64,000 nt of DNA from Nitrospirota bacterium (lineage in GTDB: Bacteria; Nitrospirota; Thermodesulfovibrionia; Thermodesulfovibrionales; UBA6898): the NCBI GenBank assembly GCA_021814475.1, contig JAKAIE010000004.1, positions 3,283 to 67,282 of the forward strand. Direction: 5' to 3'. The translations under genes were made by a program, and so were the position numbers. Position 1 is the first letter of the stretch, and the number at the start of each line of letters is the position of its first letter. A model generated the notes under the pieces. The model saw only the letters and a program-made list of their open reading frames with translations, had not been told where the DNA came from and made no database searches. Positions 38,163 to 47,697 of this stretch are shown here, one piece after another.

Positions 38163-39302
38163 ATGTTTGATTTTGATAATGAACTCTCCGCGCTGAAAAA
38201 AAAGGGTCTTCTCCGGCATCTCCTCTGGAGATCGTCTGCCCAGGGACCGCTTGTCACGATCAACGGGAGAAGGTACGTCAATTTCGGCTCGAACGATTAT
38301 CTCGGGCTGGCGGCCCATCCCCTGGTGGCGGGGGCCGCAAGGGATGCCGCGCTGAGGTTCGGTTTCGGGGCTGGGGCTTCAAGACTTCTTGCGGGCGGGA
38401 CGGCGCTTCATGAGAGACTCGAAAGGTCGGTTGCCCGCCTGAAGGGTACGGAGGCCGCCCTTGTCTTCAACTCCGGCTATGCCGCCAATACCGGCATCAT
38501 TCCCGCGATCGCAGGGGAGGGCGATGCGCTCTTCAGCGATGAACTGAACCATGCTAGTATCGTCGACGGCTGCCGGCTGAGCCGGGCGCGCCGTCATATC
38601 TACCGGCACCGCGATGTTTCGGACCTTGAGGGTCTGCTCGGTAAAGAAAAGCGGGCGCGCAGAAGGATCGTGCTCACCGATTCGGTCTTCAGCATGGACG
38701 GGGACATTGCGCCTCTGCCGGGGCTCTGCGAAGTCTGCACGAGGCACGGGGCGATGCTTTATATCGACGATGCCCACGCCACCGGCGTGCTCGGGGGAGG
38801 GAGGGGCAGCCTGGCGCATTTCGGCATAAGGGCGGAGCCGTGGATGGTCCAGATGGGGACTTTTTCGAAGGCACTGGGGTCTTTCGGGGCCTTTGTCGCG
38901 GGCAGCAGGGAAATGATCGACTGGCTGGTCAATACCGCACGGACTTTTGTCTTTTCGACGGCGCTGCCCGCGCCGGTCATCGCCGCGTCGTTAAAGGCGA
39001 TGGCGGTTATGCGCAGGGACGCTTCCCGGCTTAAGAGGCTTCAGGAAAACAGATCCAGTCTTGCAGCCGCTCTTCAGGCCAGGGGATGGAACATCCGCAG
39101 CAGCGAGACCCCGATCCTGCCGGTCCTTACCAGGACGGTGGAAGAGGCGACGTCGCTGTCCCAACTTCTCTTCAGCAGGGGCGTCTATGCGCCGGCGATC
39201 AGGCCCCCGACGGTGACGGCGCCCAGAATTCGGTTGACGGTCACGGCCGCGCATACGGCCGCGCAGATTGAAAGGCTTCTGCGGATTCTCGATGCTTATT
39301 GA
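38163..39302 (+). CDS. bioF: 8-amino-7-oxononanoate synthase
   Basis: NDYLGLAAHP, DDAHATGVLG, and TFSKALGSFGAFVAG (PLP lysine). Confidence 0.9.
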   Translation: MFDFDNELSALKKKGLLRHLLWRSSAQGPLVTINGRRYVNFGSNDYLGLAAHPLVAGAARDAALRFGFGAGASRLLAGGTALHERLERSVARLKGTEAALVFNSGYAANTGIIPAIAGEGDALFSDELNHASIVDGCRLSRARRHIYRHRDVSDLEGLLGKEKRARRRIVLTDSVFSMDGDIAPLPGLCEVCTRHGAMLYIDDAHATGVLGGGRGSLAHFGIRAEPWMVQMGTFSKALGSFGAFVAGSREMIDWLVNTARTFVFSTALPAPVIAASLKAMAVMRRDASRLKRLQENRSSLAAALQARGWNIRSSETPILPVLTRTVEEATSLSQLLFSRGVYAPAIRPPTVTAPRIRLTVTAAHTAAQIERLLRILDAY

Positions 39303-39317
39303 TGCCGCAGCCGGGGA

Positions 39318-39950
39318 TCAGTTCCTGGGGATGATGTAGAGACAGGAGGCGGCTCCGTCGGCGACCGTGTGTTCCCGGGTCACTTTTTTGCCGAGAAGTT
39401 CACGGTAGAGCTGGAGCTCGTGCGCGCAGGCCTCCGGAAATTCGGTCGCAATCCTGCTGATCGGGCAATGATACTGTTTGAGTTGATAGGAGGTATCGTT
39501 TCTGTTCAGTTCCACCAGATTTCCCCGCCGCTCCAGGTATTGCTTCAGGCCCGTCACGGTGTCGTCAATGCCGGTTTTTCCGGCCAGCGCCTCGCGGTAC
39601 TCTTTCAGAAGCCGCTCTTTTCTCCAACTGAATATCCTGTCGATCTTCTCGGGACCTTCGTAGTTTTTTATGTCCCTCAGCAGGTTCAGTGCAAAGTCGT
39701 CATAATCGTTCCTGAACAGATTGTTGGCGTTGTCGGTCAGCTTATAGATAAACCCGGGTCTGCCGATGCCCTGTCTTCTCGAAGTGTACGTCACCAGCCC
39801 CTTTTTTTCGAGCGACAGCAGGTGCTGCCTGACCCCCATCGGGGTGATACTGATCTCGCGGCTCAGCTCGTCGATCGACATGCCACCGCTTTTTTTAAGG
39901 TGGTGGATGATGTTTTTTCTTGTGGAGGTTTCCTCGGCCATAAAATCCAT
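39318..39950 (-). CDS. Winged-helix (ArsR/DeoR-like) transcriptional regulator with C-terminal sensor-like domain
   Basis: RKNIIHHLKKSGGMSIDELSREISITPMGVRQHLLSLEKKGLV is a wHTH. The C-terminal roughly 120 aa includes a C-P...C...C set. Confidence 0.7.
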   Translation of the reverse strand: MDFMAEETSTRKNIIHHLKKSGGMSIDELSREISITPMGVRQHLLSLEKKGLVTYTSRRQGIGRPGFIYKLTDNANNLFRNDYDDFALNLLRDIKNYEGPEKIDRIFSWRKERLLKEYREALAGKTGIDDTVTGLKQYLERRGNLVELNRNDTSYQLKQYHCPISRIATEFPEACAHELQLYRELLGKKVTREHTVADGAASCLYIIPRN

Positions 39951-40009
39951 GAGAAAACATTACCATAAAACAGAGCGTTTGTAAATATATATAGTAAATG
40001 CTAAATATA

Positions 40010-40025
40010 AATTAATATATTAATT
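40010..40025. promoter_or_regulatory. Perfect 16-bp palindrome AATTAATATATTAATT in a divergent AT-rich spacer (candidate operator)
   Basis: Self-complementary over all 16 positions. Lies between the regulator (39950) and the ferritin-like gene (40204). Confidence 0.45.
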
Positions 40026-40203
40026 CGATTCTTCGAACATTTTGTGTCGCCCGCAGCAGGTCTCTGCCGGGTATATCGCAGGCGGGGGCCGCATTCCCTC
40101 CCGGGCGACATTGTGGTAATATTAACTGTCGGCCCGGCGTGCCGATCCATCTGCCCCGGTTGCATGCAGCCGGTTTAAAGAATGACGGAAAAGGAGTGTA
40201 TCT

Positions 40204-40689
40204 ATGATCACAGGCAAAGAAGACCTGCTTCAGGCGCTGATCGAGGCTTTCCTGATGGAAAAGGGCACAAACCTTTTTTACAGCCAGGCGGCTTCAAAGT
40301 CCGAAAACCCCGAGGCGCGAAAGACGTTTCAGGCCCTGACCGTCTGGGAAGAAAGGCATATGGATTATATACAGCACCTGTATATGGCGATTCAGGGAGA
40401 CCTGGATGTCGAAGGGTTCGAGGTGTTCCAGGCAAAGGCAGAGGCGCCTGTGGCTGAAGGTGGCATCCCGGTAAAGGACCTGGAAGCGAAGGTCGAAGCA
40501 TATAAGTTTTCGGGTGATTCCGCCGCCTTCGATATTGCTCTGGGGATAGAGGCGCAGGCTTATAACCTTTACCGCAGGCTGTCCGAGGGAGCGGCGGACG
40601 TCAATGCGCGGGCTGTTTTCCGCGAGATGATGGAGCAGGAACAGAAGCACATAGACTATCTGAAAAAGACAAGGGGTCAGGTTGCTTAA
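40204..40689 (+). CDS. Ferritin-like/rubrerythrin-like diiron protein
   Basis: Two E-x-x-H motifs (WEERHMDY; EQEQKHIDY) in a four-helix-bundle-length protein (161 aa). Confidence 0.65.
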   Translation: MITGKEDLLQALIEAFLMEKGTNLFYSQAASKSENPEARKTFQALTVWEERHMDYIQHLYMAIQGDLDVEGFEVFQAKAEAPVAEGGIPVKDLEAKVEAYKFSGDSAAFDIALGIEAQAYNLYRRLSEGAADVNARAVFREMMEQEQKHIDYLKKTRGQVA

Positions 40690-41527
40690 ACTCAGGGACG
40701 GCATCGTCGAGCTTTACCGCAAAGTGGCGACCTCTCTGCCTCCTGATGTTGAAGAGTCACTGAAGGCAGCGGCGCTGCGCGAAGAGCAGGGATCTGCCGC
40801 GGAGTCTGCCCTGAAGGTGATGATCGAAAATGTCCGGCTGGCCCGGGACACGGTCCGGCCGATATGCCAGGATACCGGTGTCCCGGTATTTTATCTGAAA
40901 GTGCCGGCCGGCCTCAGCCATAACGAGCTGCGCCTGACGATCGATGAGGCGACGCGTATTGCCACGGAGCGGGTGCCCCTCCGGCCCAATGCGGTCGACG
41001 TACTCACGGAGCGGAACTCGGGTGACAATACCGGGATCGGCTTTCCGGTGGTCTATTTTGAGGAGACCTCTTCAGGCACGCTGACGATCGACCTGATGCT
41101 GAAGGGCGGGGGCTGTGAAAACGTGGGACAGACCTATAAGCTTCCGGTCCCTGAGCTCAATGCCCCGCGCGACCTCGCAGGGGTAGGGCGGTGCGTTGTG
41201 GATGCGGTCCAGAAGGCCCAGGGCAAGGGGTGTCCGCCGTATGTTATCGGAGTGGGGGTTGGCGCGGCCAAGGACCAGGTGACGCGTCTCGCCAAGGAAC
41301 AGCTGATGCGGAAGCTCGGTGATGTCAACAAGACCGGCGAGCTTGCCGCAATCGAACAAACGCTCGTCTCGGAGATAAACCGTCTCGGGATAGGCCCTCA
41401 GGGACTCGGGGGGAAGACAACGGCGCTCGCAGTGAAGATCGGCGTGAACCACCGTCATCCTGCATCGTATTTTGTTGATGTTTCAGTCAGTTGCTGGGCG
41501 ACCCGCAGGGGAAGACTCATATGGTGA
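40682..41527 (+). CDS. Class I (Fe-S) fumarate hydratase, alpha (N-terminal domain) subunit
   Basis: CQDTGVPVFYLKV and GGGCEN motifs. TTG start overlapping the ferritin-like stop by 8 nt. Confidence 0.85.
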   Translation: MLKLRDGIVELYRKVATSLPPDVEESLKAAALREEQGSAAESALKVMIENVRLARDTVRPICQDTGVPVFYLKVPAGLSHNELRLTIDEATRIATERVPLRPNAVDVLTERNSGDNTGIGFPVVYFEETSSGTLTIDLMLKGGGCENVGQTYKLPVPELNAPRDLAGVGRCVVDAVQKAQGKGCPPYVIGVGVGAAKDQVTRLAKEQLMRKLGDVNKTGELAAIEQTLVSEINRLGIGPQGLGGKTTALAVKIGVNHRHPASYFVDVSVSCWATRRGRLIW

Positions 41528-42123
41528 GGACGGTGCCTGTTTCGCTCCCGATGACGGAGGACGATGCACGCGGACTCCGGGCGGGAGACCTCGTGCTGCT
41601 GAGCGGAAATATTGTGACAGGCCGTGACAGGATTCATAAATTCCTGCTCGAGCAGAAGCCCTCTTCCGAATCCCTGCCTTTTCCTCTTGCCGGTTCAGTA
41701 CTGTATCACTGCGGTCCGATCATGAAGGAGACCGAAGAGGGGTTCATTGTGGTTGCGGCCGGACCGACAACGAGCATGAGGGTTGAGATGTACGAACACG
41801 GAGTGATCGGCGGCTGCGGAATCAGGGGCGTCATGGGCAAGGGAGGCATGGGAGATCTCACGAGACAGGCGCTCGTGGAGCGCGGCTGTGTATACATGCA
41901 TACTATCGGCGGCGCGGCCGTCTATCTTGCAGAGAGGATCACGAAGGTCCTCGGTGTCTGGATGCTTGAGGAGTTCGGGCTTGCCGAGGCGATGTGGCAT
42001 CTCGAGGTGAAGGACTTCCCCGCCATCGTGACGATGGACGCTCACGGGAACGATACGCACAGGGAGATAGAGGCGCTTTCACTCGAAAGGTTCAGGGAGA
42101 TGGCCGGCATCCGGCAGGGTTGA
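41521..42123 (+). CDS. Class I fumarate hydratase, beta (C-terminal domain) subunit
   Basis: Start MVRTVPVSLPMTEDDARGLRAGDLVLLSGNIVTGRDRIHK; GPTTSMRVE..GKGGMG. Overlaps the alpha subunit by 7 nt. Confidence 0.85.
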   Translation: MVRTVPVSLPMTEDDARGLRAGDLVLLSGNIVTGRDRIHKFLLEQKPSSESLPFPLAGSVLYHCGPIMKETEEGFIVVAAGPTTSMRVEMYEHGVIGGCGIRGVMGKGGMGDLTRQALVERGCVYMHTIGGAAVYLAERITKVLGVWMLEEFGLAEAMWHLEVKDFPAIVTMDAHGNDTHREIEALSLERFREMAGIRQG

Positions 42124-42130
42124 TGCGGAG

Positions 42131-43015
42131 ATGATTTTCATCGCAGGGGCCTCGGGGTTCACGGGGGGACATCTCGTCGGGCATCTGATCCGGAAGGGGT
42201 TCGGGGTCAAGGCCCTCGCCAGGTCTTCTGCCACATTGCGGAAGTTGTCCGCGGAGGGGTGCCAGGTCGTTCAGGGGGACATCACCGATCCTTCCAGCCT
42301 CAAGGGTGTTCTGTCAGCCGGCGACATCGTCATCCACCTTGTCGGCATCATAGAAGAGAAGGGGGATTCGACCTTCCAGAAAGTACACGTCGATGGCACG
42401 GCCAATATGGTGCAGGAGGCTAAGGCTGCCGGCGTAAGACATTTCTTTTATCAGTCCGCTCTGGGAGCCGATCTCCGGGCGGTCACCGCATACCTCAGGA
42501 CCAAGGCCGGGGCCGAGGAGATTGTCAGGGCTTCCGGCATTCCGTTTACCATCTTCAGGCCCTCCCTGATCATCGGTCCCTGGGACGGTTTTACAAAGAG
42601 GATGCTTGAGATCATCAGGATGTCTCCGGTCATACCGGTCCCCGGGCGGGGTGACGCCCGGTTCCAGCCTCTTTATATACAGGATTGGCTGGTCTGCATG
42701 CAGCGGCTGATCGAAGATCCAGCGGCCTTTCAGGGGACCTTCGAGATCGGCGGCCCCGAGCACCTGACGTACCGTGAGATTATACTGCTGCTGGCGTCGG
42801 CGTCCGGACATGAAAGGCCGGTCGTCAACCTGCCGATGGGGCTGATGAAGTTCGCCGCATCGGCGATGAGGCTTTTCCCGTCGCCGCCTGTCACTGCCGA
42901 CCAGCTGAAGATGCTGGAACAGGACAATATCACCGATATCGACTCCGTCTCCGGATACTTCGGTTTTCAGCCCATGCGTTTAGGGGAGGCGTTGAAGGAG
43001 TTCGTGAAAGAGTAG
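42131..43015 (+). CDS. NAD(P)-binding epimerase/dehydratase-family (NmrA/NDUFA9-like) protein
   Basis: N-terminal Rossmann motif IFIAGASGFTGGHLVGHL. Confidence 0.75.
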   Translation: MIFIAGASGFTGGHLVGHLIRKGFGVKALARSSATLRKLSAEGCQVVQGDITDPSSLKGVLSAGDIVIHLVGIIEEKGDSTFQKVHVDGTANMVQEAKAAGVRHFFYQSALGADLRAVTAYLRTKAGAEEIVRASGIPFTIFRPSLIIGPWDGFTKRMLEIIRMSPVIPVPGRGDARFQPLYIQDWLVCMQRLIEDPAAFQGTFEIGGPEHLTYREIILLLASASGHERPVVNLPMGLMKFAASAMRLFPSPPVTADQLKMLEQDNITDIDSVSGYFGFQPMRLGEALKEFVKE

Positions 43016-43033
43016 ATATCCCCGGAGCGGCTC

Positions 43034-43450
43034 CTACTTTACTACCAGGATGCTGCAGCCCGCATGATCAACCAGCTTCGAGGAGATGCTACCGAGAAGG
43101 AACTTTTCAGCGCCGTGTCTTCCGTGCGACCCGGTCACGATCAGATCCGCCCTGATTTTTTTTGCTTCGGCAAGGATCTCCTCCGCAGGATTGCCCTGGC
43201 GTATGACCGTCCTGACCGTCCTGGGTCCCTTTGCCGACGCCTTGATCTTTTCCATCATCTTTGCAGTCTCTCCGGTAAGGGTTTCGGATATCCTCGCACG
43301 GTCGATCTCCATGAGTTCAGTCAGGTACAGCTCAGGGATCACCGAGATCACCGTGACCACCGAATCGAATTTTTCGGCGATCTCGAACGCCTTCCTTATA
43401 GCCTTGAACGACTGTTTTGAACCGTCATGCGCCACCAGTATTTTTTTCAT
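43034..43450 (-). CDS. Universal stress protein UspA
   Basis: MKKILVAHDGS...DLIVTGSHGRHGAEKFLLGSISSKLVDHAGCSILVV. Confidence 0.85.
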   Translation of the reverse strand: MKKILVAHDGSKQSFKAIRKAFEIAEKFDSVVTVISVIPELYLTELMEIDRARISETLTGETAKMMEKIKASAKGPRTVRTVIRQGNPAEEILAEAKKIRADLIVTGSHGRHGAEKFLLGSISSKLVDHAGCSILVVK

Positions 43451-43574
43451 ATGCGCCTCCTTTTGGAAGATTTTATCAGATGTCGGGGGCTTTGTCTTTT
43501 ATTTTTTTCGGTAAATCGTTAAAATACAGCTCTGATGTTCATTCAGGGGAGGCAATATCTTCAGCAAGGAGAGG

Positions 43575-44729
43575 ATGATGGCAAAAAAAGATTATGTGTT
43601 TACCTCGGAATCGGTGACCGAGGGACATCCCGATAAAATAGCCGATCAGATTTCCGACTCGATACTCGATGCGATCCTGTCCAAGGATCCGGTGGCGCGC
43701 GTGGCCTGCGAGACGCTCGTAACTACAGGCCTGGCATTCGTTGCCGGCGAGATCTCGACGTCTTGTTATGTGCATATACCGGACATCGTCAGGGAGACGA
43801 TCAGGGATATCGGGTATACCCGCGCGAAATACGGATTTGACTATGAGACCTGTTCGGTCATCACCTCGATAGACCAACAGTCCGGAGACATCGCGATGGG
43901 TGTTGATACAGGCGGCGCCGGGGACCAGGGACTTATGTTCGGTTTTGCCTGCAACGAGACCGCGGAGTTGATGCCGCTGCCGATCATGCTGGCCCACAAG
44001 ATCGCCCGCCGCCTCTCCGAGGTCCGCAAGCAGGATGTGCTGAATTACCTCAGGCCGGACGGCAAGTCCCAGGTGACGGTAGAGTACCGCGACGGCAGGC
44101 CCTTCAGGATCGATACGATAGTCGTCTCCTCGCAGCACAGCCCCGAGGTCCATCTTCATGACATGAAGGAAGACATCATCGAAAAAGTGATCAAGCCGGT
44201 CGTCCCCAAAGAGCTCCTTGATGAGGAGACGGTCAAATATTATATAAACCCGACAGGCCGGTTCGTGGTCGGCGGCCCGATGGGAGACACGGGGCTGACC
44301 GGAAGGAAGATCATTGTCGACAGTTACGGCGGCGTCGGCAGCCACGGCGGCGGCGCGTTCTCCGGCAAGGATCCGACGAAGGTCGACCGCTCCGGCGCGT
44401 ACATCGCCCGCCATATCGCAAAGAATATTGTGGCAGCCGGCATTGCGGAGAGGGCCGAAGTGCAGCTGGCCTATGCGATCGGCGTTCCTGAACCTGTGTC
44501 GATCCTGGTCGATACATACGGGACGGGCAAGATCGAGGAAGAGCGGATCGCGAAGATCGTGAGGAACAACTTCGACCTCACCCCAAAGGGCATCATCGAC
44601 TACCTGAACCTCCGCCGGCCGATCTACAAAAAGACGGCAGCCTATGGCCACTTCGGCAAGGAAGACCCCGATTTCACCTGGGAGGCGACCAATAAGGCGG
44701 CCGCCCTGAAGAGTGAGGCGGGACTGTAG
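43575..44729 (+). CDS. metK: S-adenosylmethionine synthase
   Basis: [46 protein letters not shown]. Confidence 0.97.
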   Translation: MMAKKDYVFTSESVTEGHPDKIADQISDSILDAILSKDPVARVACETLVTTGLAFVAGEISTSCYVHIPDIVRETIRDIGYTRAKYGFDYETCSVITSIDQQSGDIAMGVDTGGAGDQGLMFGFACNETAELMPLPIMLAHKIARRLSEVRKQDVLNYLRPDGKSQVTVEYRDGRPFRIDTIVVSSQHSPEVHLHDMKEDIIEKVIKPVVPKELLDEETVKYYINPTGRFVVGGPMGDTGLTGRKIIVDSYGGVGSHGGGAFSGKDPTKVDRSGAYIARHIAKNIVAAGIAERAEVQLAYAIGVPEPVSILVDTYGTGKIEEERIAKIVRNNFDLTPKGIIDYLNLRRPIYKKTAAYGHFGKEDPDFTWEATNKAAALKSEAGL

Positions 44730-44745
44730 GAAATTCAACCGCACC

Positions 44746-44844
44746 CCGTCGAGGGGCGCTGCAGCAGTCACCGGAAGGTGCGTCTGTCAGGCTCGATGGA
44801 GTGGTTCAGAGAAACGGCGCCCATTCAAAAAACCGAATGGGAGG
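44746..44844 (+). ncRNA. SAH riboswitch (aptamer plus SD-sequestering expression platform) upstream of ahcY
   Basis: CCGUCGAGGGGCGCUGCAGC...CACC-GGAA-GGUG...UCAGGCUCGAUGG...AAACGGCGCCCAUUC matches the remembered SAH-element core (GAGG-GCGCUGC ... CAGGCUCG ... AACGGCGC-C). GGGCGC and GCGCCC can form the pseudoknot, and UCGAG pairs with CUCGA. CCCAUUC (44820..44826) can instead pair with GAAUGGG (44835..44841), which overlaps the SD GGGAGG. Confidence 0.7.
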
Positions 44845-44850
44845 AATATC

Positions 44851-46260
44851 ATGACTACGGCAATGGCAGCAGAAGACTACGTTATCGCGGACATCAAACT
44901 GGCTGATTGGGGCCGCAAAGAGATTAAGATCGCCGAGACCGAGATGCCCGGTCTGATGGCGATTCGTGATGATTACGCCAAGCGCAAGCCGCTCAAGGGC
45001 GCGCGCATCACCGGCTCACTTCATATGACCATCCAGACCGCCGTGCTGATCGAGACGCTGAAGGCGCTAGGCGCCAAGGTACGCTGGGCATCGTGCAACA
45101 TTTTTTCGACGCAGGACCACGCAGCCGCCGCGATCGCTGCCGGCGGTACCCCGGTGTTCGCCGTGAAGGGCGAATCGCTCAAGGACTACTGGGACTACAC
45201 GCACCGTATCTTCGAATGGCCGGACGGTGGCTATTCGAACATGATCCTCGACGACGGCGGAGACGCTACGCTGCTGCTGCACCTTGGCGCCAGGGCAGAG
45301 AAGGACATCAAGGTCCTCGACAAGCCCGACAGCGAGGAAGCGACGGTGCTGTTCGCCAGCATCAAGGCTAAGCTCAGGAAGGACCCGAAGTGGTACTCGA
45401 CGCGCCTGGCCAGGATCAAGGGCGTGACCGAGGAGACCACGACCGGCGTGCATCGCCTCTACCAGATGCACGAGAAGGGCGAGCTCAAGATCCCCGCTAT
45501 CAACGTCAACGACTCGGTCACCAAGTCCAAGTTCGACAACCTCTACGGCTGCCGCGAATCGCTGGTGGACGGCATCAAGCGCGCCACCGACGTGATGGTG
45601 GCCGGCAAGATCGCCGTGGTCTGCGGCTACGGCGATGTGGGCAAGGGCTCGGCGCAGGCGCTGCGGGCGCTCTCGGCCCAGGTCTGGATTACCGAGATCG
45701 ACCCGATCTGCGCGCTCCAGGCCGCAATGGAAGGCTACCGCGTCGTGACCATGGACTATGCGTGCGACAAGGCCGACATCTTCGTCACCGCGACCGGGAA
45801 CGTTCATGTCATCGACCACCAGCACCTGGTGAAGATGAAGGACCAGGCCATCGTCTGCAACATCGGCCATTTCGACTCCGAAATCAACGTGGCGTCGCTC
45901 GAGAAATACAAGTGGGAAGAGATCAAACCGCAGGTCGACCACGTCATCTTTCCGAACAAGAAACGCATCATCCTGCTGGCCAAAGGCCGTTTGGTGAATC
46001 TCGGCTGTGCCACCGGCCATCCGTCATACGTGATGTCGTCCTCCTTCGCCAACCAGACGATAGCGCAGATCGAGCTGTTCACCCGCACCAAAGAGTACCC
46101 GGTGGGCGTCTACACACTGCCGAAGCATCTGGACGAGAAGGTCGCCCGGCTGCAGCTTAAGAAGTTGAACGCTAAGCTCACCACCCTGACCGATCAACAG
46201 GCAGCCTATATCGGCGTGTCGAAGAAGGGTCCGTACAAGACCGAGCACTACCGCTATTAG
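44851..46260 (+). CDS. ahcY: Adenosylhomocysteinase
   Basis: Start [25 protein letters not shown] after [21 protein letters not shown] site and [18 protein letters not shown]. The listed ORF start at 44713 is an upstream artefact running through the riboswitch. Confidence 0.95.
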   Translation: MTTAMAAEDYVIADIKLADWGRKEIKIAETEMPGLMAIRDDYAKRKPLKGARITGSLHMTIQTAVLIETLKALGAKVRWASCNIFSTQDHAAAAIAAGGTPVFAVKGESLKDYWDYTHRIFEWPDGGYSNMILDDGGDATLLLHLGARAEKDIKVLDKPDSEEATVLFASIKAKLRKDPKWYSTRLARIKGVTEETTTGVHRLYQMHEKGELKIPAINVNDSVTKSKFDNLYGCRESLVDGIKRATDVMVAGKIAVVCGYGDVGKGSAQALRALSAQVWITEIDPICALQAAMEGYRVVTMDYACDKADIFVTATGNVHVIDHQHLVKMKDQAIVCNIGHFDSEINVASLEKYKWEEIKPQVDHVIFPNKKRIILLAKGRLVNLGCATGHPSYVMSSSFANQTIAQIELFTRTKEYPVGVYTLPKHLDEKVARLQLKKLNAKLTTLTDQQAAYIGVSKKGPYKTEHYRY

Positions 46261-46362
46261 CCGGCAGTTATCAGCATAACATTGCGGCGCGGCGGAACAG
46301 TTTCATCTCGGCGTGTCTTACCGGTTACAAGGTGACCGGATGAATCAATAATATTTCTTACA

Positions 46363-46390
46363 GGGCCCCCGGCACCGGGGGCTCTTTTAT
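46363..46390 (+). terminator. Intrinsic terminator after ahcY
   Basis: GGGCCCCCGG-ca-CCGGGGGCTC followed by TTTTAT. Confidence 0.7.
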
Positions 46391-46406
46391 GCGATTAGGA
46401 GGACTT

Positions 46407-46946
46407 ATGGCCGAGGAAAAGAAGGAAACATGGCTTAACTATCTGGCGCTGACCACGGTAATCCTTGCCGTCTGCGCGACGCTCTCGACGTTTAAGGGTG
46501 GCGGTCATTCGACGAGGTCGGTGCTTGCCCAATCCCAGGCATCCGATCAGTGGTCGTTCTACCAGGCCAAGAGTATCAAGGGGTATCTCTATGAGCTCCA
46601 GAAGGAGCGGTTTGCTCTTGACCTGAAGGGGCTGGATCCGGCAAAGAGAAAGGCGATGGGAGCTGAGTATGAAAAGAGGATAGACGCCTATGCGGGGAAG
46701 ATCGCAAAATACGAGGAGGAAAAGGCAAAGATCGAGAAGCAGGCCAAGGCGCTCGAAGTGGTCAGGGACGAAGCACAGCGCCACTCAAAGGCGTTCGGAA
46801 TGGCGGTGATATTTCTTCAGATCGCGATTTTGCTCTCGTCGATCGCGGCGCTCCTGAAGAAGAAGGCTGTCTGGCTGGCCGGATTGGCGACCGGCATCAT
46901 CGGAATTGTCTATTTCGCCAACGGTTTCCTGATATTCCTGCCCTGA
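46407..46946 (+). CDS. DUF4337-like membrane-anchored protein
   Basis: Start MAEEKKETWLNYLA after TAGGAGG. SDQWSFYQAKSIKGYLYE motif; N- and C-terminal TM helices. Confidence 0.6.
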   Translation: MAEEKKETWLNYLALTTVILAVCATLSTFKGGGHSTRSVLAQSQASDQWSFYQAKSIKGYLYELQKERFALDLKGLDPAKRKAMGAEYEKRIDAYAGKIAKYEEEKAKIEKQAKALEVVRDEAQRHSKAFGMAVIFLQIAILLSSIAALLKKKAVWLAGLATGIIGIVYFANGFLIFLP

Positions 46947-47010
46947 TCTCTTCACCTGCTGTTTGAAGTGCGGACCCCATTCTGTTAGAATCAGAATTAC
47001 ACAGGCGCCT

Positions 47011-47697
47011 ATGGACGAAAAGAGGCTTCATAAACGTTTTGTAGTCGAGGGCATGGAACTCGACGGCAACATGATGTTTGCTACGGAGGTGACGGTGCTC
47101 AATATCAGCATCAGCGGGCTGTCAGTCTCCGCGGACCGGCGCATGGATATCGGCAGGGAATACACGATCAAGCTCCGCGACCACCATGCAGCTATTGCGG
47201 TGAAGGCTCTTGTGGTCTGGTCTTCGCTGACTGGAAGCAGGGAAGGGCCGCAAGGAGAATCGGTGCCGGTCTATTCGGCTGGCATGAAGTTCACCGATGT
47301 GATGACGCAGCATATTGCGGCCCTCATCGGGTATATGGAGGACCAGATCGGGGGGCCGGAACACCGGCTGAGCGGCCTCCGGTTCCATGTTGCCGGGCCC
47401 GGCAATGCGGTTCTTCAATATCCCTCGCGGTACCGCGTAAAGAAGATCAGCGCCGGGGGGATGCTGATCGAGAGCGTCGAGGCACTCCAGGCGGAAGAAT
47501 TCTATACCATGGAACTGTCGATCCCGGAGGAGTCTTCGATACATTTTCTGGGCCGGGTCGTCTCCTGCACACTGTCAGAGGCCGGGGGAATCGGCCATTT
47601 CGATATCGGCATAGAATTTGCCGGCATGGGTGAAGATGCGCGCGGCAAACTGAACGATTTCCTCTCGATGCTGAACAGGATGGGCGAGGGTTTCTGA
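47011..47697 (+). CDS. PilZ-domain protein (one intact plus one degenerate PilZ-like half)
   Basis: N-terminal RLHKR (RxxxR) and NISISG (N-x-S-x-x-G) c-di-GMP motifs. The second half (KKISAGGMLIES) lacks the RxxxR motif. Confidence 0.7.
   Translation: MDEKRLHKRFVVEGMELDGNMMFATEVTVLNISISGLSVSADRRMDIGREYTIKLRDHHAAIAVKALVVWSSLTGSREGPQGESVPVYSAGMKFTDVMTQHIAALIGYMEDQIGGPEHRLSGLRFHVAGPGNAVLQYPSRYRVKKISAGGMLIESVEALQAEEFYTMELSIPEESSIHFLGRVVSCTLSEAGGIGHFDIGIEFAGMGEDARGKLNDFLSMLNRMGEGF

Noticed and set aside
43451-43574. SAM riboswitch upstream of metK.
   Set aside because: The 124-nt spacer shows none of the SAM-I, SAM-II or SAM-V core strings I can recall, and it is shared with the divergent usp promoter. 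A covariance-model scan would be needed to exclude it formally.
43539-44771. 410-aa minus-strand ORF antisense to metK.
   Set aside because: It is a shadow ORF of a strongly supported gene, with no motifs and an Arg/Gly/Asp-rich composition typical of the antisense frame in GC-rich DNA.
45067-46160. 317-aa minus-strand and 256-aa plus-strand ORFs inside ahcY.
   Set aside because: They are alternative-frame shadows caused by the very high GC3 of ahcY, with low-complexity Arg/Gly/Pro products.
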